A stretch of 64,000 nucleotides of DNA from Azolla caroliniana. Its lineage: Eukaryota > Plantae > Polypodiophyta. Below the pieces are notes generated by a model, which was not told the DNA's origin, made no database searches, and was given only the letters and a program-made list of their open reading frames with translations. The stretch spans positions 620,001 through 684,000 of the forward strand of contig JBHGNT010000010.1 of NCBI GenBank assembly GCA_043228905.1, read 5' to 3'. This document shows positions 1 through 14,862 of this stretch, piece after piece; the stretch's first letter is position 1, and the number at the start of each line of letters is the position of its first letter. Position numbers and translations under genes: made by a program.

Positions 1-3000
1 TCTTAACTCCCTCCTGTATCTTGCCAATTTCATCATGTCTCTCGACCTGAGTTTCAAAATCTTGATTTTTTGATTCTATATCATAGCTAGTGTTGTTAGC
101 TTCGATTCGCATATTTAAACACTAAAATCCGATATCACATGAGCCAGGTATGAACATTTTAATTTACTCACGCGCTCTTCTCAACTCTCTCCTCAAATTT
201 GGTAATTTCTTCATGTCTCTCGACCTGAGTCTTCAAATCTTGATTTTTTGATTCTATATCATAGCTAGTGTTGTTAGCTTCGATTCCAATGTATGAACAT
301 TTTAATTTACTAACGCGCTTTTCTCAACTCCCTCCTCAAATTTGGTAATTTCTTCATGTCTGTCGACTTGAGTTTCAAAACGTGGATTTTTTAATTCCAT
401 ATTATAGGTAGCGTTGTTAGCTTCGATACGCATCTTTGAACACTAAAATCCGATATCACACGAGCCAGGTATGAACATTTTAATTTAATCACGCGCTCTT
501 CTCAACGCCCTAATCAAATTTGGTAATTTCTTGATGTCTGTCGATCTGAGTTTCAAAATCTTGATTTTTTGATTCTATATCATATCTAGTGTTATTAGCT
601 TCGATTCCAATGTTTGAACACAAAAATCCGATATCACACGAGCCACGTATCAACATTTTAATTTACTCACGCGCTCTTCTCAACTCCCTCCTCAAATTTG
701 GGAATTCCTTCATGTCTCTCGACCTGAGTTTCAAAATCTAGATTTTTAAATTCCATATTATAGGTAGCGTTGTTAGCTTCGATACGCATCCTTGAACACT
801 AAAATACGATATCACATGGGCCAAGTATGAACATTTTAATTTACCCAGGGGCTCTTCTTAACTCCCTCCTGTCACATGCCAATTTCTTCATGTCTCTTGA
901 CCTGAGTTTCAAAATCTAATTTTTCTGATTCTATATCATATCTAGTGTTGTTAGCTTCGATTCGCATCTTTGAACACAAAAATCCGATATCACACGAGCC
1001 AGGTATGAACATTTTAATTTAGTCACGCGCTCTTCTCAACTCCCTCCTCCAATTTGGAAATTCCTTCATGTCTTTCGACCTGAGTTTCAAAATCTGGATT
1101 TTTTAATTCCATATTATAGGTAGCGTTGTTAGCTTCGATAGGCATCTTTGAACACTAAAATCCGATATCACATGGGCCAGGTATGAACATTTTAATTTAC
1201 TCAGGGGCTCTTCTTAACTCCCTCCTGTAACTTGCCAATTTCATCATGTCTCTCGACCTGAGTTTCAAAATCTCGATTTCTTAATTCCATCTTATAGGTA
1301 ACGTTCCTAGCTTCGAATCGCATCTTTGAAAACAAAAATCCGGGATCACACGAGCCACGTATGAACATTTTAATTTACTCACGCGCTCTTCTCAACTCCC
1401 TCCTCAAATTTGGTAATTCCGTCATGTCTCTGGACCTGAGTTTCAAAATCTTAATTTTTTAATTCCATATCATATCTAGTGTTGTTAGCTTCGATTCAAT
1501 TGTTTGAACACAAAAATCCTATATCACACGAGCCAAGTATAAACATTTTAATTTAATCACGCGCTCTTCTCAACGCCCTCCTCAAATTTGGTAATTTCTT
1601 CATGTTTGTCGATCTGAGTTTCAAAATCTTGAATTTTTAATTCCATATTATAGCTAACGTTGTTAGCTACGATTCGCATATTTAAACACTAAAATCCGAT
1701 ATCACATGGGCCAGGTATGAACATTTTAATTTACTCACGCGCTCTTCTTAACTCCATCCTCAAAATTTGGTAATTTCCTCATGTCTGTCGACTTGAGTTT
1801 CAAAATCTGGATTTTTTAATTCCAGATTATAGGTAGCGTTGTTAGCTTCGATACGCATCTTTGAACACTAAAATCCGATATCACATGGGCCAGGTATGAA
1901 CATTTTAATTTACTCAAGGGCTCTTCTAACCTCCCTCCTGTAACTTGCCAAGTTCTTCATGTCTCTCGACCTGAGTTTCAAAATCTTGTTTTTTTGATTC
2001 TATATCATATTTAGTGTTGTTAGATTCGATTCCAATGTTTGAACACAAAAATCCGATATCACACGAGCCACGTATGAACATTTTAATTTACTCACGCGCT
2101 CTTCTCAACTCCCTCCTCAAATTTGGTAATTCCTTCATGTCTCTGGACCTGAGTTTCAAAATCTTAATTTTTTAATTCCATATCATATCTAGTGTTGTTA
2201 GCTTCGAATCGCATGTTTGAACACAAAAATCGGATATCACACGAGCCAGGTATGAACATTTTAATTTACTCACGCGCTCTTGTCAACTCCCTCCTCAAAT
2301 TTGGTAATTTCTTCATGTCTCTCGACCTGAGTTTCAGAATCTTGATTTTTTTATTCCATATCATAGGTAGCGTTGTTAGCTTCGATTCGCATGTTTGAAC
2401 ACAAAAATCCGGGATCACACGAGCCACATATGAACATTTTAATTTACTCACGCGCTCTTCTCATATTATGGGTAGCGTTGTTTGCTTCGAATCGCATCTT
2501 TGAACACTAAAATCCAAAATCACACGAGCCAGGTATGAACATTTTAATTTACTCACGCGCTCCTCTTAACTGATTCCTGAAATTCGGTAATTTCTTCATG
2601 TCTGTCGACCGGAGTTTCGAAATCTTGATTTTTTAATTCCATATTATAGGTAGCGTTGTTAGCTTCGATTCGCATCTTTGAACACTAAAATCCGATACCA
2701 CATGGGCCAGGTATGAACATTTTAATTTACTGATGGGCTCTTCTCAACTCCCTCTTCTAACTTACCAATTTCTTCATGTCTCTCGACCTGAGCTTCAAAA
2801 TTTGGATTTTTTGATTCTATATCATAGCTAGTGTTGTTAGCTTCGATTCGCATCTTTGAATACAAAAATCCGGGATCACACGACCCAGGTATGAACATTT
2901 TAATTTACTCACGCGCTATTCTGAACTCCGTCCTCAAATTTGGTAATTTCTTCATTTCTTTGGACCTGGGTTTCAAAATCTTGATTTTTTGATTGTATAT

Positions 3001-6000
3001 CATATCTAGTGTTGTTAGCTTCCATTCGAATGTTTGAAAATAAAAATCGGATATCACACGAGCTAGGTATGAACAATTTAATTTACCCACCCGCTCTTCT
3101 AACTTCCCTCCTCAAATTTGGTAATTTCTTCATATCTCTCGACATCAGTTTCAAAACTTTGATTTTTTAATTCCATATCATATCTAGTGTTGTTAACTTC
3201 GAATCGCATGTTTTAACACAAAAATCCGATATCACACGAGCCAGGTATGAACATTTTAATTTACTCACGCGCTCTTCTCAACTCCCTCTTCAAATTTGGT
3301 AATTTCTTCATGTCTCTCGACCTGAGTTTCAAAATCTCGATTTTTTCATTCCATATTATAGATAGCGTTGTTAGCTTCGATTCGCATATTTAAACACTAA
3401 AATCTGATATCACATGGGCCAGGTATGAACATTTTAATTTACTCAGGGGCTCTTCTTAACTCCCTCCTGTAACTTGCCAATTTCATCATGTCTCTCGACC
3501 TGAGAGTCAAAATCTCGATTTCTTAATTCCATCTTATAGGTAGCGTTCCTAGCTTCGAATCGCATCTTTGAAAACAAAAATCCGGGATCACACGAGCCAC
3601 GTATGAACATTTTAATTTACTCACGCGCTCTCCTCAACTCCCTCCTCAAATTTGGTAATTCCGTCATGTCTCTGGACCTGAGTTTCAAAATCTTAATTTT
3701 TTAATTCCATATCATATCTAGTGTTGTTAGCTTCGATTCAATTGTTTGAACACAAAAATCCTATATCACACGAGCCAGGTATAAACATTTTAATTTAATC
3801 ACGCGCTCTTCTCAACGCCCTCCTCAAATTTGGTAATTTCTTCATGTTTGTCGATCTGAGTTTCAAAATCTTGAATTTTTAATTCCATATTATAGCTAGC
3901 GTTGTTAGCTACGATTCGCATATTTAAACACTAAAATCCGATATCACACGAGCCACGTATGAACATTTTAATTTACTCACGCGCTCTTCTCAACTCCCTC
4001 CTCAAATTTGGGAATTCCTTCATGTCTCTCGACCTGAGTTTCAAAATCTGGATTTTTTAATTCCACATTATAGGTAGCGTTGTTACCTTCGATACGCATC
4101 CTTGAACACTAAAATACGATATCACATGGGCCAGGTATGAACATTTTAATTTACCCAGGGGCTCTTCTTAACTCCCTCCTGTAACATGCCAATTTCTTCA
4201 TGTCTCTTGACCTGAGTTTCAAAATCTAATTTTTTTGATTCTATATCATATCTAGTGTTGTTAGATTCGATTCCAATGTTTGAACACAAAAATCCGATAT
4301 CACACGAGCCACGTATGAACATTTTAATTTACTCCATCCTCAAAATTGGGTAATTTCCTCATGTCTGTCGACTTGAGTTTCAAAATCTGGATTTTTTAAT
4401 TCCATATTATAGGTAGCGTTGCTAGCTTCGATACGCATCTTTGAACACTAAAATCCGATATCACATGGGCCAGGTATGAACATTTTAATTTACTCAAGGG
4501 CTCTTCTTAACTCCCTCCTGTAACTTGCCAAGTACTTCATGTCTCTCGACCTGAGTTTCAAAATCTTGTTTTTTTGATTCTATATCATATCTAGTGTTGT
4601 TAGCTTCGATTCGCATGTTTGAACACAAAAATCCGATATCACACGAGCCAGGTATGAACATTTTAATTTACTCACGCGCTCTTCTCAACTCCCTCGTCAA
4701 ATTTGGTAATTTCTTCATGTCTCTCGACCTGAGTTTCAAAATCTTGAATTTTTAATTCTATATCATAGCTAGTGTTGTTAGCTTCGATTCGCATCTTTGA
4801 ACACAAAAATCTGGTATCACACGAGCCAGGTATGAAAATTTTAATTTACTCACGCGCTCTTCTCAACTCCCTCCTCAAATTTGGTAATTCCTTCATGTCT
4901 CTGGACCTGAGTTTCAAAATCTTAATTTTTTAATTCCATATCATATCTAGTGTTGTTAGCTTCGATTCAATAGTTTGAACACAAAAATCGTATATCATAC
5001 GAGCCCGGTATGAACATTTTAATTTAATCACGCGCTCTTCTCAACGCCCTCCTCAAATTTGGTAATTTCTTCATGATTGTCGATCTTGCATTTTTAATTC
5101 CATATTATAGGTAGCGTTGTTAGCTTCGATTCGCATCTTTGAACACTAAAATCCGATATCACACGAGCCAGGTATGATCATTTTAATTTACTCACGCGCT
5201 CTTCTCAACGCCCTCCTCAAATTTGGTAATTTCTTCATGTCTGTCGATCTGAGTTTCAAAATCTTGATTTTTTGATTCTATATCATATCTAGTGTTGTTA
5301 GCTTCGATTCCAATGTTTGAACACAAAAATCCGATATCACACGAGCCACGTATCAACATTTTAATTTACTCACGCGCTCTTCTCAACTCCCTCCTCAAAT
5401 TTGGGAATTCCTTCATGTCTCTCGACCTGAGTTTCAAAATCTGGATTTTTTAATTCCATATTATAGGTAGCGTTGTTAGCTTCGATACGCATCCTTGAAC
5501 ACTAAAATACGATATCACATGGGCCAGGTATGAACATTTTAATTTACCCAGGGGCTCTTCTTAACTCCCTCCTGTAACATGCCAATTTCTTCATGTCTCT
5601 TGACCTGAGTTTCAAAATCTAATTTTTTTGATTCTATATCATATCTAGTGTTGTTAGCTTCGAATCGCATGTTTGAACACAAAAATCCGATATCACACGA
5701 GCCAGGTATGAACATTTTAATTTACTCACGAGCTCTTCTCAACTCCCTCGTCAAATTTGGTAATTTCTTCATGTCTCTCGACCTGAGTTTCAAAATCTTG
5801 AATTTTTAATTCTATATCATAGCTAGTGTTGTTAGCTTCGATTCGCATCTTTGAACACAAAAATCTGGTATCACACGAGCCAGGTATGAAAATTTTAATT
5901 TACTCACGCGCTCTTCTCAACTCCCTCCTCAAATTTGGTAATTCCTTCATGTCTCTGGACCTGAGTTTCAAAATCTTAATTTTTTAATTCCATATCATAT

Positions 6001-9000
6001 CTAGTGTTGTTAGCTTCGATTCAATAGTTTGAACACAAAAATCGTATATCATACGAGCCAGGTATGAACATTTTAATTTAATCACGCGCTCTTCTCAACG
6101 CCCTCCTCAAATTTGGTAATTTCTTCATGTTTGTCGATCTTGCATTTTTAATTCCATATTATAGGTAGCGTTGTTAGCTTCGATTCGCATCTTTGAACAC
6201 TAAAATCCGATATCACACGAGCCAGGTATGAACATTTTAATTTAATCACGCGCTCTTCTCAACGCCCTCCTCAAATTTGGTAATTTCTTCAAGTCTGTCG
6301 ATCTGAGTTTCAAAATCTTGATTTTTTGATTCTATATCATATCTAGTGTTGTTAGCTTCGATTCCATTGTTTGAACACAAATATCCGATATCACACGAGC
6401 CAGGTATGAACATTTTAATTTACTCACGCGCTCTTCTCAACTCCCTCCTCAAATTTGGTAATTCCTTCATGTCTCTGGACCTGAGTTTCAAAATCTTAAT
6501 TTTTTAATTCCATATCATATCTAGTGTTGTTAGCTTCGATTCAATTGTTTGAACACAAAAATCCTATATCACACGAGCCAGGTATAAACATTTTAATTTA
6601 ATCACGCGCTCTTCTCAACGCCCTCCTCAAATTTGGTAATTTCTTCATGTTTGTCGATCTGAGTTTCAAAATCTTGAATTTTTAATTCCATATTATAGCT
6701 AGCGTTGTTAGCTACGATGCGCATATTTAAACACTAAAATCCGATATCACACGAGCCACGTATGAACATTTTAATTTACTCACGCGCTCTTCTCAACTCC
6801 CTCCTCAAATTTGGGAATTCCTTCATGTCTCTCGACCTGAGTTTCAAAATCTGGATTTTTTAATTCCATATTATAGGTAGCGTTGTTAGCTTCGATACGC
6901 ATCCTTGAACACGCTCTTCTCAACTCCCTCGTCAAATTTGGTAATTTCTTCATGTCTCTGGACCTGAGTTTCAAAATCTTAATTTCTTAATTCCATATCA
7001 TATCTAGTGTTGTTAGCTTCGATTCAATAGTTTGAACACAAAAATCTTATATCATACGAGCCAGGTATGAACATTTTAATTTAATCACGCGCTCTTCTCA
7101 ACGTCCTCCTCAAATTTGGTAATTTCTTCATGTTTGTCGACCTGAGTTTCAAAATCTTGATTTTTTGATTCCATATCATAGCTAGCGTTGTTAGCTTCGA
7201 TTCGCATATTTAAACACTAAAATCCGATATCACATGGGCCAGGTATGAACATTTTAATTTACTCACGCGCTCTTCTCAACTTCCTCCTCTAACTTGCCAG
7301 TTTCTTCATGTCTCTCGACCTGAGTTTCAGAATTTGATTTTTTAATTCGATATTATAGGTAGTGTTGTTAGCTTCGAGTCTCATCTTTGAACACTAAAAT
7401 CCGATATCACACGAGCCAGGTATGAACATTTTAATTTACTCACGGGCTCTTCTCAACCCCCTCCTCAAATTTGCTCACTTCGTCATGTCTCTCCACCTGA
7501 GTTTCAAAATCTTGATTTTTTAATTCCTTATCATATCTAGTGTTGTTAGCTTCGATTCCAATGTTTGAACACAAAAATCCGATATTACACGAGCCACGTA
7601 TGAACATTTTAATTTACTCACGCGTTCTTCTCAACTCCCTCCTCAAATTTGGTAATTCCTTCATGTCTCTCGACCTGAGTTTCAAAATCTTGATTTTTTA
7701 ATTCCATATCATATCTACTGTTGTTACCTTCGATTCCATTGTTTGAACACAAATATCCGATATCACACGAGCCAGGTATGAACATTTTAATTTACTCACG
7801 CGCTCTTCTCAACTCCCTCCTCAAATTTGGTAATTCCTTCATGTCTCTCGACCTGAGTTTCAAAATCTTAATTTTTTAATTCCATATCATATCTAGTGTT
7901 GTTAGCTTCGATTCCAATGTTTGAACACAAAAATCCGATATCACACGAGCCATGTATGAACATTTTAATTTACTCTCGCGCTCTTCTCAACTCCCTCCTC
8001 AAATTTGGTAATTCCTTCATGTCTCTCGACCTGAGTTTCAAAATCTTGATTTTTTAGTTCCATATCATATCTACTGCTGTTAGCTTCGATTCCATTGTTT
8101 GAACACAAAAATCCGATATTACACGAACCAGGTATGAACATTTTTATTTACTCACGCGCTCTTCTCAACGCCCTCCTCAAATTTGGTAATTTCTTCATGT
8201 CTGTTGCTCTGAGTTTCAAAATCTTGATATTTTAATTCCATATCATAACTAGCGTTATTAGCTTCGATTCGCATATTTCAACACTAAAATCCGATATCAT
8301 ATGGGCCAGGTATGAACATTTTAATTTACTCACGCGCTCTTCTCAACTTCCTCGTCTAACTTGCAATTTCTTCATGTCTCTCGACCTGAGTTTCAAATTC
8401 TTGATTTTTTAATACCATATTATAGGTAGCGTTGTTAGCTTCGATTCGCATCTTTGAACACTAAAATCCGATATCACACGAGCCAGGTATGAACATTTTA
8501 ATTTACTCACCCGCTCTTCTCAACGCCCTCCTCAAATTTGGTAATTTCTTCATGTCTGTCGATCTGAGTTTCAAAATCTTCATTTTGTAATTCCATATCA
8601 TAGCTAGCATTCTTAGCTTCGATTCGCATATTTAAACACTAAAATCCGATATCACATGGGCCAGATAGGAACATTTTAATTTACTCACGCGCTCTTATTA
8701 ACTCCTTTCTCAAATTTGGTAGTTTCTTCATGTCTCTCGACCTGAGTTTCAAAATCTTTATTTTTTAATACCATATTATAGGTAGCGCTGTTAGCTTCGA
8801 TTCGCATCTTTGAACACTAAAATCCGATATCACATGGGCCAAGTATGAACATTTTAATTTACTCACGCGTTCTTCTTAACTCCTTCCTCAAATTTGGTAA
8901 TTTATTCATGTCTCTCGACCTGAGTTTCAAATTCTTGATTTTTTAATACCATATTATAGGTAGCGTTGTTAGCTTCGATTCGCATCTTTGAACACTAAAA

Positions 9001-12000
9001 TCCGATATCACATGGGCCAAGTATGAACATTTTAATTTACTCACTCGCTCTTCTTAACTCCCTCCTCAAATTTGGTAATTTCTGCATGTCTGTCGACCTG
9101 AGTTACAAAATCTTGATTTTTTAGTACCATATTATAGGTAGTGTTGTTAGCTTTGATTCGCATGTTTGAACACTAAAATCCGATATCACATGGGCCAGGT
9201 ATGAATATTTTAATTTACTTACGCGCTCTTCTCAACTCCCTCCTCAAATTTGGTAATTTCTTCATGTCTGTCGATCTCAGTTTCAAAATCTTGATTTTTT
9301 AATTCCATATCATTTCTACTGTTGTTAGCTTTGATTCGCATGTTTGAACACTAAAATCTGATATCACACGGGCTAGGTATGAAGATTTTAATTTACTCAC
9401 GCGCTCTTCTCAACTCCCTCCTCAAATTTACTAATTTCGTCATGTCCCTCGACGTGAGTTTCAAAATCTTGATTTTTTTATTCTATATCATAGCTAGCGT
9501 CGTTAGCCTCGATACGCATGTTTGAACACTAAAATCCGATATCACACGAGCCAGGGATGAACATTTTAGTTTAGTCACGGCCTCTTCTCAACTCCCTCCT
9601 TATTTTTCCTAATTTCTTCATGTCTCTCGACCTGAATTTCAAAATCTTGATTTTTTTGTTCCGTATCATAGGTAGCGTTGTTAGCTTCGATTCGCATGAT
9701 TGGACACAAAAATCCGATATCACAGGAGCCAGGTATAAACATTTTAATTTACTCACGGGCTCCTCTCAACTCCCTCCTCAAATTTGCTAATTTTGTCATG
9801 TCTCTCGACCTGAGTTTTAAAATCTTGATAATTTCGTCATGTCTATATCAAAGCTCTTCTCAACTCCCTCCTTATTTTTGTTAACTTCGTCTTGTCTCGC
9901 GACCTGAGTTTCAAAATCTTAATTTTTTTATTCTATATCATAGCTAGCGTTGTTAGCTTCCATTCGCATGATTGAACACTAAAATCCGATATAACACGAG
10001 CCAGGTATGAAAATTTTAATTTACTCGCGGGCTCTTCTCAACCCCCTCCTCAAATTTGCTAACTTCGTCATGTCTCTCCACCTGAGTTTCAAAATCTTGA
10101 TTTTTTAATTCCATATCATAGTTAGGGTTCTTAGCTTCGATCCGCATGTTTGAACACTAAAATCCAATATCACACGAGCCAGGTATGAACATTTTAATCT
10201 ACCCACGTGCTCTTCTCAACTCCCTCCTCAAATTTGCTAATTTCGTCATGTCTCTCTACCTGAGTTTCAAAATCTAAATGTCCTCAATCCATATCATAGC
10301 TAGCGTTGTTAGCTTCGATTCGCATGATTGAACACAAAAATCCGATATCACACGTGCCAGGTATGAACATTTTAATTTACCCACACGCTCTTCTCAACTC
10401 CCTCCTCAAATTTGCTAATTTCGTCATGTCTCTCGACCTGAGTTTCAAAACCCATATTTTCTAAATCCATATCATAGCTAGCGTTCTTAGCTTCAATTCG
10501 CATGGTTGAACACAAAAATCCCATATCACACGAGCCAGGTATGAACATTTTAATTTACTCACGCGCTCTTCTCAACATCCTCCTCAAATTTGCTAATTTC
10601 GTCATGTCTCTCGACCTGAGTTTCAAAATCCATATTTTCTAAATCCATATCATAGCTAGCGTTGTTAGCTTCGATTCGCATGTTTGAACACCAAAATCCA
10701 ATATCACACGAGCCAGGTATGAACATTTTCATTTCCGAACGGGCTCTTCTCAACACCCTCCTAAAATTTGCTCATTTCGTCATGTCTCTCGACTTGAGTT
10801 TCAAAACCTTGAGTTTTTAATTCTATATCATAGCTAGCGTTGTTAGCCTCGATTCGCATGTTTGAACATAAAAATCCGATATTACACGAGCCGGATATGA
10901 ACATTTTCATTTCCCAACGGCCTCTTCTCAACTACCTCCTCAAATTTGCTAATTTCGTGATGTCTCTCGACCTGAGTTTCAAAATCTTGATTTTTAAATT
11001 CCATATCATAGATAGCGTTGTTAGCTTTGATTCGCATGATTGAACACTAAAATCCGATATCACACGGGCTAGGTATGAAGATTTTAATTTACTCACGCGC
11101 TCTTCTCAACTCCCTCCTCAAATTTACTAATTTCGTCATGTCCCTCGACGTGAGTTTCAAAATCTTGATTTTTTTATACTATATGATAGCTAGCGTCATT
11201 AGCCTCGATACGCATGTTTGAACACTAAAATCCGATATCACACGAGCCAGGGATGAACATTTTAGTTTAGTGACGGCCTCTTCTCAACTCCCTCCTCATT
11301 TTCCCTAATTTCGTCATGTCTCTCGACCTGAATTTCAAAATGTTCATTTTTTTGTTCTCTATCATAGGTAGCGTTGTTAGCTTCGATTCGCATGATTTAA
11401 CACAAAAATCCGATATCACACGAGGCAGGTATGAACATTTGCTAATTTTAGTTTAGTGACGGCCTCTTCTCAACTCCCTCCTCAAATTTGCTAATTTTGT
11501 CATGTCTCTCGACCTGAGTTTTAAAATCTTGATAATTTCGTCATGTCTATATCAAAGCTAGTGTTATTAGCTTCGATTCACATCTTTGAACACAAAAATC
11601 CGATATCACACGAGCCAGGTATGAACATTTTAATTTACTCACGCGCTCTTCTCAACTCCCTCCTCAATTTTGGTAATTTCTTCTTGTCTCTCGACCTGAG
11701 TTTCAACATCTTGATTTTTTGATTCTATATCATAGCTAGTGTTGTTAGCTTCCATTTGCATGTTTGAAACTAAAATCCGATATCACAAGAGCCAGTTATG
11801 AACATTTTAATTTACTCACGCGCTCTTCCCAACTACGTCTTCAAATTTGATAATTTCGTCATGTCTCTCGACCTGAGTTTCAAAATCTTGATTTTTTAAT
11901 TCCATATTATAGCTAGCGTTGCTAGCCTCGATTCGCATGATTGAAAATTAAAATCCGATATCACACGAGCCAGGGATGAACATTTTAATTTACTCACGGG

Positions 12001-14729
12001 CTCTTCTTAACTCCCTCCTTATTTTTGTTAACTTCGTCACTTCTCTCGACCTGAGTTTCAAAATCTAAATGTCCTCAATCCATATCATAGCTAGCGTTGT
12101 TAGCTTCGATTCGCATGATTGAACACAAAAATCCGATATCACACGAGCCAGGGATGAACATTTTAATTTACTCACGGGCTCTTCTCAACTCCCTCCTTCT
12201 TTTTGTTAACTTCGTCTTGTCTCGCGACCTGAGTTTCAAAATCGTGATTTTTTTATTCTATATCATAGCTAGCGATGTTAGCTTCCATTCGCATGATTGA
12301 ACACTAAAATCCGATATCACACGAGCCAGGTATGAACATTTTAATTTACTCACAGGCTCTTCTCAACTCCCTCCTCAAATTTGATAACTTCGTCATGTCT
12401 CTCAACCTGAGTTTCAAAATCTTGATTTTTTAATTCCATATCATAGTTAGGGTTGTTAGCTTCGATCGGCATGTTTGAACCCTAAAATCCGATATCACAC
12501 GAGCCAGGTATGAACATTTTAATCTACCCACGCGCTCTTCTCAACTCCCTCCTCAAATTTGCTAATTTCGTCATGTCTCTCTACCTGAGTTTCAAAATCT
12601 AGATTTCCTCAATCCATATCATAGCTAGCATTGTTAGCTTCGATTCGCATGATTGAACACAAAAATCCGATATCACACGAGCCAGGTATGAACATTTTCA
12701 TTTCCGAACGGCCTATTCTCAAATCCCTCCTGAAATTTGCTAATGTCGTCATGTCTCTCGACCTGAGTTCCAAAATCTTGATTTTTAAATTCCATATCAT
12801 AGCTAGCATTGTTAGCTTCCATTAGCATGATTGAACACTGAAATCCGATATCACACGAGCCAGGTATGAACATTATCATTTCCGAACGGCCTCTTCTCAA
12901 CACCCTCCTCAAATTTGCTAATTTCGTCATGTCTCTCGACCTGAATTTCAAAATCTTGATATTTTAATTCCATATCATAGATAGCGTTGTTAGCTTCGAT
13001 TCGCATGATTTGACACAAGAATCCGATATCACACGGGCTAGGTATGAAGATTTTAATTTACTCACGCGCTCTTCTCAACTCCCTCCTCAAATTTACTAAT
13101 TTCGTCATGTCCCTCGACGTGAGTTTCAAAATCTTGATTTTTTTATTCTATATCATAGCTAGCTTCGAACACACGAGATTAGACACAAAAATCCGATATC
13201 ACACGAGCCAGGTATGAATATTTTAATTTACTCACGGGCTCTTCTCAACTCCCTCCTCAAATTTGCTAATTTCGTCATGTCTCTCGACCTGAGTTTCAAA
13301 ATCTTGATTTTTTAATTCCATATCATAGCTAGCGTTGTTAGCTTCCATTAGCATGATTGAACACTCAAATCCGATATCACACGAGCCAGGTATGAACATT
13401 TTCATTTCCGAACGGCCTCTTCTCAAGTCCCTCCTCAAATTTGCTAATTTCGTCATTTCTCTCGACCTGAGTTTCAAAATCTTGATTTTCTAATTCGATA
13501 TCATAGGTAGCGTTGTTAGCTTCGATTCGCATGTTTGAACACAAAAATCCGATATCACATTTTAATTTACTCACGGGCTCTTCTAAACTCCCTCCTTATT
13601 TTTGTTAATTTCGTCATGTCTCTCGACCTGAGTTTCAAAATCTTGATTTTTAATTCTATATCATAGCTAGCGTAGTTAGCCTCGATTCGCATGTTTGAAC
13701 ACAAAAATTTAATATCACACGAGCCAGGTATGAACATTTTAATTTACTCACGGGCTCTTCTCAACTCCCTCCTCAAATTTGCTAATTTCGTCATGTCTCT
13801 CCACCTGAGTTTCAAAATCTTGATTTTTTAATTCCATATCATAGTTAGGGTTGTTAGCTTCGATCCGCATGTTTGAACACTAAAATCCGATATCACACGA
13901 GCCAGGTATGAACATTTTAATCTACCCACGCACTCTTCTCAACGCCCTCCTCAAATTTGCTAATTTCGTCATGTCTCTCTACCTGAGTTTCAAAATCTAG
14001 ATTTTCTCAATCCATATCATAGTTAGCGTTGTTAGCTTCGATTCGCATGATTGAACACAAAAATCCGATATCACACGAGCCAGGTATGAACATTTTAATT
14101 TACCCACACGCTCTTCTCAACTCTCTCCTCAAATTTGCTAATTTCGTCATGTCTCTCGACCTGAGTTTCAAAATCTTGATTTTCTAAATCCATATCATAG
14201 CTAGCGTTGTTAGCTTCGATTCGCATGGTTGAACACAAAAATCTAATATCACACGAGCCAGGTATGAACATTTTAATTTACTCACGCACTCTTCTCAACT
14301 CTCTCCTCAAATTTGCTAATTTCGTCATGTCTCTCGACCTGAGTTTCAAAATCTTGATTTTCTAAATCCATATCATAGCTAGCGTTGTTAGGTTCGATTC
14401 GCATGTTTGAACACAAAAATCCAATATCACACGAGCCAGGTATGAACATTTTAATCTACCCACGCGCTCTTCTCAACTCCCTCCTCATATTTGCTAATTT
14501 CGTCATGTCTCTCGACCTGAGTTTCAAAATCTCTATTTTTTAATTCCATATCATAGCTAGCGTTGTTAGCCTCGATTCGCATGATTGAACACATAAATCC
14601 AATATCACACGGGCTAGGTATGAAGATTTTAATTTACTCACGAGCTCTTCTCAACTCCCTCCTCAAATTTGCTAATTTCGTCATGTCTCTCGACCTGAGT
14701 TTCAAAATCTTGATTTTTTAATTCCATAT
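1..14729. repeat. Tandem satellite array, 178-bp monomer (~83 copies here; continues off the left edge)
   Basis: The anchor tcttctcaac recurs at 7448, 7626 and 7804 (178-bp period). Consensus is roughly gctcttctcaactccctcctcaaatttggtaatttcttcatgtctctcgacctgagtttcaaaatcttg...gaacattttaatttactcac. The array ends abruptly at ...attccatat (14729). Confidence 0.97.
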
Positions 14730-14862
14730 GAAGGATTAAAAGTAATCCTCCCCTTCTTTACACTCTCGTTTAACCCTCACACTTATCCACGTGTATAGAA
14801 TACTACGGTAAATTCTCACCACGGGATATTAAATGGTCATGCCCGTAACATACTCCCCCTCT

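Noticed and set aside
2192-13574. Repetitive 60-92 aa ORFs in the satellite, some coiled-coil-like (KLRSRDMTKLANLRRELRR)
   Set aside because: 178 is not a multiple of 3, ORFs appear on both strands and in all frames, and stops and indels are scattered. They are by-products of the repeat.
1-14729. CRISPR-like array
   Set aside because: Whole monomers repeat with no unique spacers, the context is eukaryotic, and no cas genes are present.
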